Source: a virus (Duplodnaviria; Caudoviricetes). From it: 27,541 nt of DNA. Below the pieces are notes generated by a model. That model saw only the letters and a list, made by a program, of their open reading frames with translations, ran no database searches and was not told the origin of the DNA. Of the stretch, positions 8,738 to 16,400 are shown piece after piece. Within the stretch, counting starts at the first letter, position 1, and the number at the start of each line of letters is the position of its first letter. The stretch covers positions 1-27,541 of the IMG/VR virus record IMGVR_UViG_3300025022_000012. One strand, written 5' to 3'. A program made the position numbers and the translations under genes.

Positions 8738-8899
8738 GTGACGGCGATTACAGGATCAGACGCAGTAGCCACAGTTGGGGGTAAAACGTATATCGGTCCG
8801 CATGTTGTTGTGACCACTGGTACAGATGACGATCTTTATTACACGTGTTCAGACACCGGGTACGAATATATTCATTATTGGTTTACCCGGCTTAGGTAA
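8738..8899 (+). CDS. Small ORF not in the track (53 aa, MTAITGSDAVATVGGKTYIGPHVVVTTGTDDDLYYTCSDTGYEYIHYWFTRLR); possibly a frameshifted or truncated gene
   Basis: GTG 8738 has GGAG 8 nt upstream and ends at TAA 8897-8899. It fills an otherwise empty gap and has T/G/V-rich virion-like composition. Confidence 0.45.
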   Translation: MTAITGSDAVATVGGKTYIGPHVVVTTGTDDDLYYTCSDTGYEYIHYWFTRLR

Positions 8900-8944
8900 G
8901 GCTCTGCGAGGGGCAAGGCAACTTTCATTCTTCCCTCTTAAAAC

Positions 8945-8968
8945 CGCCCCTGACTGCAACCAGGGGCG
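8945..8968 (+). other. GC-rich hairpin without a U tract
   Basis: cgcccctg 8945-8952 / caggggcg 8961-8968, perfect 8-bp stem. Confidence 0.55.
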
Positions 8969-8994
8969 ACACTCAAAAGAAAGGACTTTAAACC

Positions 8995-9918
8995 ATGACA
9001 GACTTCTTGACATTCCAAAACCTGATTGACGAGGTAGAGCGCGGGGTGAAGGTTTCCGGCGGCTCCAAGCTTGAACTTATCAAGGCCGTCATTAATCAGG
9101 TTTACTTAAACGAAATTTTAACGGCGGACACGCTGTATCCTCCCTTCTGGCTGGTCACGTTTGACGATACGTTAAACAGTGTGGCTCCGGCCACTATTAC
9201 CGCGATCACAAAGGCCAACCCGGGAGTGTTAACCACAGGCACACATGGATTAGCTATAGGGGATATCGTTTATATCCATTCCATAGTCGGCATGGTGGAA
9301 CTTAACAACCGGTTTTTCAAAGTCGATACAGTTCCATCATCCACGACATTGACCCTTATTGATTTGGACGGAACCACACCGGTAGATACAACCGACTTCA
9401 CGATTTATGAGTCAGCAGGCACGATTCAGCACAGAGGCAAGACCCTGACTACCACAGGCAAGGACGTCCAGAAGATCCTGAAAGCCAAGTGGTCGGGGCA
9501 AGGCGCCGATATGTCTCCTTTCACCTGGGAGGACGTGGAATCCGACTCCACCCTGATCAGTACCACGGCCGGAGTTCCGTCAAAGTTTATCCATCGGAAA
9601 ACGTATAGCACGGCCGGTGTCGAGGAAAATTCCATGGTCTGGTTTCCGGGCTCTGATGCGGCGTATGATTTGCGGTACTGGATGCAGATCAGAGCGCCCC
9701 GGCTGGTGACGGCCGCGTCCGACGTTCCGTTGCTGCCTCCGCAGTTTCATCAGACTATTGTGGCGGGCGCGATTACCCGGCTGGCTGAAAGCCCGATCCT
9801 GGTCGAGGCCGGTCTGGGAGTGTGGGCCACAATGTACAAACAGCAAATCCAAAACCTGATCAATTTCAACCGGGATTATTATTTGAGATCCCAGAAGGGC
9901 ACGCCGTACCTGCTATGA
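8995..9918 (+). CDS. Head-to-tail adaptor (tail tubular protein A-like) with an inserted E1-FCCH-like beta domain
   Basis: N-terminal LTFQNLIDEV helix, GVPSKF...WFP and C-terminal DVPLLPPQFHQTIVAGA adaptor motifs; insert ITAITKANPGVLTTGTHGLAIGDIVYIHSIVGMVELNNRFFKV. Confidence 0.7.
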   Translation: MTDFLTFQNLIDEVERGVKVSGGSKLELIKAVINQVYLNEILTADTLYPPFWLVTFDDTLNSVAPATITAITKANPGVLTTGTHGLAIGDIVYIHSIVGMVELNNRFFKVDTVPSSTTLTLIDLDGTTPVDTTDFTIYESAGTIQHRGKTLTTTGKDVQKILKAKWSGQGADMSPFTWEDVESDSTLISTTAGVPSKFIHRKTYSTAGVEENSMVWFPGSDAAYDLRYWMQIRAPRLVTAASDVPLLPPQFHQTIVAGAITRLAESPILVEAGLGVWATMYKQQIQNLINFNRDYYLRSQKGTPYLL

Positions 9919-12900
9919 AAAAGACGATCCTCTATGTCTTGATGATTATGTCCCTGGCCGGCCTTGCGCTGGCCGGGAGTATGAAGGTTTATCCGTTTGT
10001 CTTCACCGGCCGTTGGCAGCCGTCGGAAGACCCGGCATTGATCGAGGATTACGGATTGCAGGATATTCAGAATTTAAGGCGGGACGGCAAGCGGTATAAG
10101 GGGGTTTCGGGGCAGACGGAGGTAAACGACAATACCATAGGTTCTTATCATGCCTCTGAATTCACGGAGTATGACCCCAACTCAAAGATTACAATTACCT
10201 CAGACTCATTGGTCACTTTGAGCGCCATAACCGGGGCCGACGAAGGAAGGGTCTATATTGATAACGGCGTCAACTATTATTCGGGTGATTTTACATTCAG
10301 GTTTAAGTTTAACGTGTCAGCGGCGAATGACGGCTCATCAGCGGTTGTTTTTGCCCTAACGAATAATAACGGAAGTATTTACGAAGCTACGATCAACGGA
10401 GTAGGCGCCGGGGAAGGTCCGATTGTGTATATTGAGATCTATCGTACAGGAGGTAGCACTTCAATGTCATTAGTTGAGTATGGTAGCGGAGGGGGAGGCT
10501 CGCCACACGATATATCTATCGGAACTACGTATTATGTAGAGGTTTATAGGGACGAGGATATAGCTGGTGATAATGGCGCGGGGAAGGTCTATTGTGATGT
10601 TTATTCAGATGCAGGATATGCCACTCTTCTTTTTTCGCTGGATGTGTCGCCATATTACAAAAATGATTATAGGTATCTGTATTGGGCTGCTGGCACCGGA
10701 TCAAGTGGCACAGCCACCATGAGCCTGACCGTTGAAGACCTTACCGAAGAAATGGACATCGTTAATAACGGGTTTAATTTCAAAAAGGACTTCCCGTCAG
10801 AAAATCATACGCTGGTTGACATATCCAATGGCGACGAAAAAAAGCTGATGATCAATGATACCGCGCCTCCAAGCGCCGATGATTTTGACCGGCTGTCATT
10901 GCATAACAACCCATCAGCTGCATCTATAGGCCGTTTTTCCAACGCCCCCCGGGGCAACATGCTTTACACCAACGTCGCTGAATCCCTGATATGGGGCGGC
11001 GACGAGATCCGGCCAGTAGCCTTCTTAACTTCCACAGCGGACATCACGGGCGGCACCCTGACCAACGCCAAGGATTACAGCATCAAGGTTCAAAACAGCC
11101 TGCAAGAGCCCGACGAGGTGGCCTACATCGGAGGGGGCAACGATTCCGGAACCGTTCTTTTGCTGCACATGGACGGCGCAGACGCATCAACCACATTTAC
11201 CGACTCAAGCACAACCACGGCTCACACTATGACCGCAGCCGGAGACGCACAGATCGACACGGCATATCGTGTTTTCAGCGAGTCTGGAAAATTTGACGGC
11301 ACGGGCGATTACCTGACCACGCCGGATGATGCAGATTTTAATTTTGCATCAGATCCTCTTACGGTCGATTTCTGGTTTATGACCACAGGGGACGACCAGG
11401 GCGGGGCGATATTTGAACAATATACCGACGCAAACAATTACATAAGCCTGGGTTATTACAAATCAACCGTTCATAATTTTGTTTGGAGCGTTAACGTCGA
11501 CGGTTCTTTTGTCCACCTGAAAAGCATTACCTCGTTTATTCCAGAATCTTACACCTGGTATCATCTTGCGCTTATTCGAGGATGGGGCGGCGACGCAAAC
11601 ACATGGGCGTTTTGTGTTAATGGAGAGATAAAATCCACATGGACAAACGCAAGCGCCATGCCGGACCTTGGAACAGCAACTTTTGACATCGGGCGCAGCC
11701 AGACCGACGGCGCATCATATTTCAAGGGCTGGATTGACGAATTACGCATCTCCAAAGGCGTAGCCCGCTGGGCAGCCGAGTTCACGCCACCGGTTATGCC
11801 GTACAGGGCAGACGCCAATTATTTCCTTGTGGGATCAACCAGGCCAATTCAGGGCACAAAGTTTTATATCTCCGATCCGGCAGACGAGACAGGAACTCTG
11901 ACCGCCTACGAGTGGAACGGGTCCACCTGGAAGGCATTGACCATCACGGACAACACAACCGGCCTGACCACGACCGGCACGGTCACGTTTGGCTCGACTG
12001 TTGATTCCTCACGGCCAAAATATATCTACGGTCATTACCTGTATTGGTACAAGTTCGCCTTATCGGCAGGCGACCCGACGATTTACCAGGTCAGTCTTGA
12101 CGCCCCCATTCAACCGGTGGTCGATATTTGGGACGGCTCGTTTCTCAAGCCTGGCGCGTTTCAGGTCTACAAATCCGGGGCATGGTACGACTATTCCGAA
12201 GAAGTCCTTGAAGAAACAACCACTGCCTACGCGGACAGCCCGATCGCCGCTGATCTCAACAGTCTGGCAAATACTGAATTTGTTTATATCGGGCTTCCCT
12301 ATCAGATTACAGCCGTCAAGTTCAACCTTGTCGCGGGAAAAGAGAACTCCACTGCAAACGACGTCACCGTGTCCTATTGGGACGGGGATCAGTGGCAGTC
12401 TGTCGGGACCGTTACCGATGAAACGGATTCAGGGCCGTCTCTGGCTCAATCCGGTATTATGAGCTGGAACGCTCCGGACGTTGAACAGGAATTTGAACAA
12501 AACCTTTTCGGAATCAAGGGTAAGGGAATGTCTATGTGGACATTTTCCCCCGGTATCAGCGGGAGTTTCCCTCTGTTTCAGGTTTGGAACGGACTGGTAA
12601 ACTCCATCTCTGAGAGCTACAAGGCGAAGAACGAGTCCAGTACCGACAAGGCCCGAAAGAAGGGCTTTGACGACCTGCCCTTGTATTATTACAAATTCCA
12701 ATGGTCGGCGGCCATGGACTCGACGACCATGGTGGACACGGTTGTCGGCATCCCTGCAAAGCAGACCATCAAGGGGTTTAAGTTCCCGCTGATGTTCCAG
12801 AACCGGGCGTTTTTGTGCGGCGAGGAATCGGACGGCGTAAACCGCTGCATCTATTCCATGTCCGACGCGCCGGATGTTTGGAACGGGTCCGACTCAGGCG

Positions 12901-14480
12901 CCTTGGTATTCGGGGACGATCAGGAGTTGACGGTCGGCGCGGTACTTTACAACCTGTACCGCACGTCCGGCATTGAGCAAATGATCATATGCAAGGCGCA
13001 TGAGGCATACCGCGTTTTCGGGTCCGGCCCTGATAGTTGGGAAGTCCAACGCATGAGCGGCGTAACCGGGTGCGTGGCCCCTCTTTCAATGACCGTGTGC
13101 GACGCTACGGCGGTGGGAAATGAAGGATTAAACCGGCAGATTGCCATATGGCAAACGGATTCGGGCGTGGTCATGTGCGACGGCGCCACCATCGAGATCA
13201 TCAGCAACGATATCAAATGCTATTGGGACAAGAACGATGCCAGGAGTATCCCGGCGGACCGCATGGACGACTCCTTTGGCTGGTATGATCCGAACCTGAA
13301 GGCTTACAAACTTTTGATTTCATCCGGAACCGGCCAGACAGTCCACAACGTTGAACTGGAATACAGCCTGCAATACAACGAATGGACTAAGATCGACAGA
13401 GGTTCAGCAACCAATGACCTTCAATGCGGCTTCCTGGTAGAAGACATTTCTGGCAATACCTATTCCTATGGCGGCAACGCTTACGGTACGGTCTTCAGGC
13501 TGGAAAACAGCGATAACTTCAATGGCACGGCTAACACGCAATATCTGCAAACCAAGGACCTGCTTTTAGGCCAGAGCCCGTTTTTTCAGCACTCAGTTAT
13601 TGAAAAGATCCGGCTTGGATATAAAGCAAAGTGGGGCGGTTCTCAAAGCACGACCGATTATCCGGAAAGCGATCCGGCTGGACGTATCGAGCTGACAGAC
13701 GCTACCACGGTTACTGTAACAACGGCAGACAATGACGAAGAATTCTATGTCGCGCGAGATTTCACGGCGGGTTATTTTTCCGGAAATTTTGAGCTTTACA
13801 CACAAGTCAAATGCACATCCAACCCGGTCACTGTTGGAGGAATAGGCGTTTGGGCCGTTACAAATACCATGGACTCCCTACGCGACATTGATGTTGCAAA
13901 TGGGGATTGGCTGTCTGTGTGGTGGTATCAATTCAGCGGCAACCAGCATCTAGCAGTGTCAGAGTGCAATAACGGTACGATATATACAAAAATATCGACA
14001 ACTTTAAGCCTGGATACGGAGTATTATCTTAAAATTGTAAGAGACGAGGATGTTGGGACGTTTGGGACGATATATTGTTACATCTATTCTGATTCGAGCC
14101 TGTCAACACTGGTTGACACCCTAACACTACCATTGACCGAAAAACAAGACTTTCGATATTTAAACTGGGTCGTCGCATACGAGTCTGGAGAAACCGGGAA
14201 GGCGTGGAGCGGCACAATTACGGACCTTGGATACAGCCCCCTGATCGAGATTACCCACTATTGCGACGGGACGGCAACCATGCACGGCGCAAACGATCAG
14301 TATGTTCCTGATGCCTTTGTCATGGCGGACGGGCCTTACAAAACCATCGATTGCAACCTGGGCGAGTGCCTTTACCACAGCTTTAAGTTTTCGTCGGACA
14401 TTTACGATACCGCTGATGGCATGGAGCTCACCGGGCTCGGGATCGTATACACGCCGTTTGACGCTTTAATGGAGGACTAA
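9915..14480 (+). CDS. Large modular tail protein (nozzle / tubular protein B-like scaffold with LamG and repeated beta-sandwich inserts) with an N-terminal signal-peptide-like segment
   Basis: ATG 9915 is coupled (ATGA) to the adaptor stop. It has DIQNLR at the N-terminus, FQNRAFLCG..NRCIYS..DAPDVW and GCVAPLS beta-propeller-type motifs, and a LamG-like TVLLLHMDGADASTTFTDSS...GWIDELRISKGVARW segment. Confidence 0.75.
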   Translation: MKKTILYVLMIMSLAGLALAGSMKVYPFVFTGRWQPSEDPALIEDYGLQDIQNLRRDGKRYKGVSGQTEVNDNTIGSYHASEFTEYDPNSKITITSDSLVTLSAITGADEGRVYIDNGVNYYSGDFTFRFKFNVSAANDGSSAVVFALTNNNGSIYEATINGVGAGEGPIVYIEIYRTGGSTSMSLVEYGSGGGGSPHDISIGTTYYVEVYRDEDIAGDNGAGKVYCDVYSDAGYATLLFSLDVSPYYKNDYRYLYWAAGTGSSGTATMSLTVEDLTEEMDIVNNGFNFKKDFPSENHTLVDISNGDEKKLMINDTAPPSADDFDRLSLHNNPSAASIGRFSNAPRGNMLYTNVAESLIWGGDEIRPVAFLTSTADITGGTLTNAKDYSIKVQNSLQEPDEVAYIGGGNDSGTVLLLHMDGADASTTFTDSSTTTAHTMTAAGDAQIDTAYRVFSESGKFDGTGDYLTTPDDADFNFASDPLTVDFWFMTTGDDQGGAIFEQYTDANNYISLGYYKSTVHNFVWSVNVDGSFVHLKSITSFIPESYTWYHLALIRGWGGDANTWAFCVNGEIKSTWTNASAMPDLGTATFDIGRSQTDGASYFKGWIDELRISKGVARWAAEFTPPVMPYRADANYFLVGSTRPIQGTKFYISDPADETGTLTAYEWNGSTWKALTITDNTTGLTTTGTVTFGSTVDSSRPKYIYGHYLYWYKFALSAGDPTIYQVSLDAPIQPVVDIWDGSFLKPGAFQVYKSGAWYDYSEEVLEETTTAYADSPIAADLNSLANTEFVYIGLPYQITAVKFNLVAGKENSTANDVTVSYWDGDQWQSVGTVTDETDSGPSLAQSGIMSWNAPDVEQEFEQNLFGIKGKGMSMWTFSPGISGSFPLFQVWNGLVNSISESYKAKNESSTDKARKKGFDDLPLYYYKFQWSAAMDSTTMVDTVVGIPAKQTIKGFKFPLMFQNRAFLCGEESDGVNRCIYSMSDAPDVWNGSDSGALVFGDDQELTVGAVLYNLYRTSGIEQMIICKAHEAYRVFGSGPDSWEVQRMSGVTGCVAPLSMTVCDATAVGNEGLNRQIAIWQTDSGVVMCDGATIEIISNDIKCYWDKNDARSIPADRMDDSFGWYDPNLKAYKLLISSGTGQTVHNVELEYSLQYNEWTKIDRGSATNDLQCGFLVEDISGNTYSYGGNAYGTVFRLENSDNFNGTANTQYLQTKDLLLGQSPFFQHSVIEKIRLGYKAKWGGSQSTTDYPESDPAGRIELTDATTVTVTTADNDEEFYVARDFTAGYFSGNFELYTQVKCTSNPVTVGGIGVWAVTNTMDSLRDIDVANGDWLSVWWYQFSGNQHLAVSECNNGTIYTKISTTLSLDTEYYLKIVRDEDVGTFGTIYCYIYSDSSLSTLVDTLTLPLTEKQDFRYLNWVVAYESGETGKAWSGTITDLGYSPLIEITHYCDGTATMHGANDQYVPDAFVMADGPYKTIDCNLGECLYHSFKFSSDIYDTADGMELTGLGIVYTPFDALMED

Positions 14481-14485
14481 AGACC

Positions 14486-15157
14486 ATGATGCTCAATTTT
14501 GCAGAGGCATTGACGGAAGCCAAACGCAAGGCCAGACTTTCCGGCCGTGACGTTTCCAGGAACGAAGTCGCCGGGATCGTGTCCGGATATGCGGAAGGAT
14601 CGGCCGACAGGCTTTTCAGGGCCAAACAGGTGGAGCTTCGGGAACGGGCTTTAAACGAGGAGATCGCGGCGGCCAAGGCGCAGGATAAGCAGGCGGAAAA
14701 ATCCAATATGATATCTGCAGTAGGTGGAGGGGCAGCCCTTGGAGGCTACCTTGCCGCAGGTACGGCAATGGGTGGCCCGGTTGGAGCGGTTATCGGCGGT
14801 GCCGCAGGCCTCATCGCCTCGAAATGCATCATCATAACCGCCTGCACCGATCCGCATTCATACGAGGTTAACCTGGCCCGGATCTACCGGGACGAGGTGC
14901 TTACCGAGCAATGCCTGGGCGGCTATTACGCCATTTGCCCGCTGGTGGTTCCCCTTATTCACCGATCACCCATGTTCAAACACCTGATCAAGCGGGTTCT
15001 GGTGGACCGGCTGGTTGACGAGTTCGAGCATCATTTCGGGATCATCGAGCGCAGGAAATACAGGACAACCCGGTTTATCGTACCCGCGTTCCTGGGCTTT
15101 TGCGACGTTATAGGGTCAATGATCAACGTTAAGCCATGGCTTGAGGCTCACAGATAA
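14486..15157 (+). CDS. Probable small ejection (internal virion) protein with glycine zipper and C-terminal CFI-box-CTERM-like domain
   Basis: Coiled coil, Gly/Ala hydrophobic stretch, then CIIITAC..PHSYEVNLARIYRDEVL...GYYAICP.V...IHRSP. Confidence 0.7.
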   Translation: MMLNFAEALTEAKRKARLSGRDVSRNEVAGIVSGYAEGSADRLFRAKQVELRERALNEEIAAAKAQDKQAEKSNMISAVGGGAALGGYLAAGTAMGGPVGAVIGGAAGLIASKCIIITACTDPHSYEVNLARIYRDEVLTEQCLGGYYAICPLVVPLIHRSPMFKHLIKRVLVDRLVDEFEHHFGIIERRKYRTTRFIVPAFLGFCDVIGSMINVKPWLEAHR

Positions 15158-15167
15158 GGAGGCTTTC

Positions 15168-16388
15168 ATGGGACGATTCAACAGAGTAGCCGGATCACCA
15201 GGCCCGGTAGACGCGCTTTTAAACGTGGCCGATATGGGGATGAGGCTTTACGGGCAGAAACAGCAGGCGGCGGCTGATGCGGCAAAGCAGGCACAGCAAC
15301 AACGGATTGATGATATTGAGTACGGGACAGGCGACCCGGCGACCCGTGGCATGTATCAGACCGATGCGAATATGGGCGGCGTGACTGACATGAGCAATTA
15401 CCAGCCGGGGCTTAAAGAGCGCAAAGTCATGCAGACCGATACTACCAATCGGCTTGCGAATGACAAATTCCAAGCTTCTGAGCAGAGCGCAAAACGCCAG
15501 TTTGAAAAGCACATGACCGGAGACTTTGACATCGGCAACATGATCAATACCGCCACTGCATTGCCCGGAACGTCTCTTGATCCGGCGTTCAACAGCGTCA
15601 AAGAAATGTTTGCAGCAGGCAAGATCAAAACCCGGTGGGACGCATATCAGTACCTTAAAGGCCAGGAAGCTTTTATACTTGAATCATCCCGCCAACGGGC
15701 CATGAAGGAGATCGAGGCGGACATTAAGAACGGGCGGAACCTGGACGCAAAGAACAAGGCCGAACTGTTAAAGACCATGCGGCCCGGTTTCATTGAGTCT
15801 TTTTTTGGTTTCCCGAAAGACATGATGCCGGATCAGGAAGACCCGAACCTGTCAATAGGCTGGAAACCGGATAAGCCTGATCAGCCAAAGCTGTACGCCA
15901 CCGAGGAAGGGTATTTACCGTATGGCAAGGCAGAAGGAAAGATGCCATTCAGACAACCCGTAGGGGGCGGCATGGTAACGGTCAGAGGTTACGACAAGGA
16001 TGGAAATCCGGTCATTGAGAACCTTCCAAAAACCGAGGGCGCAACATCTCCCGGGAAGATCAAGAGCTTTAACGAGCCTGTCAGAACCAATATGACGCCA
16101 TCGGAAAAGCGCGGTCTTCAAAAGGATCTGGCAGACGCGGAAGCCAAGATACTCGGGAGTAAAGACGAACCGGGCGTTGCTGGATATATTGATCTGTTCA
16201 ACCAGAGCGCCAAAACCCCGTACATGTATTATTGGGACTCTAAATCATTTGACGAGATGGCCAAGCGGCTTGACATCCCGAAGACCAAGGACGGCAGACA
16301 GTACACCGCGGCGGACGTTGTGGCGACGGAGCAGAAGCGCGGATGGGACATTGAGCGGGTCTTTAAGTTTATAGAAACCGGCCAATAG
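15168..16388 (+). CDS. Probable ejection / internal virion protein (406 aa)
   Basis: ATG 15168 with AAGGAGG SD; Q/A-rich helical N-terminus; lies between the small and large ejection-type genes. Confidence 0.65.
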   Translation: MGRFNRVAGSPGPVDALLNVADMGMRLYGQKQQAAADAAKQAQQQRIDDIEYGTGDPATRGMYQTDANMGGVTDMSNYQPGLKERKVMQTDTTNRLANDKFQASEQSAKRQFEKHMTGDFDIGNMINTATALPGTSLDPAFNSVKEMFAAGKIKTRWDAYQYLKGQEAFILESSRQRAMKEIEADIKNGRNLDAKNKAELLKTMRPGFIESFFGFPKDMMPDQEDPNLSIGWKPDKPDQPKLYATEEGYLPYGKAEGKMPFRQPVGGGMVTVRGYDKDGNPVIENLPKTEGATSPGKIKSFNEPVRTNMTPSEKRGLQKDLADAEAKILGSKDEPGVAGYIDLFNQSAKTPYMYYWDSKSFDEMAKRLDIPKTKDGRQYTAADVVATEQKRGWDIERVFKFIETGQ

Positions 16389-16400
16389 GGGGCTTGAATA

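Noticed and set aside
8724-8768. TGA readthrough or alternative genetic code after MEHFW
   Set aside because: The frame hits TAG nine codons later, and TGA, TAG and TAA all act as normal stops elsewhere in the window.
8826-9029. 67-aa + strand ORF from the track
   Set aside because: No SD, runs through a hairpin and overlaps the adaptor start; the 8738-8899 frame is more protein-like.
9822-9914. ORF-track N-terminal extensions (also 2234, 5058, 15141, 26881)
   Set aside because: Downstream ATGs have a better SD or stop-start coupling; the extensions overlap upstream genes or RNA structure.
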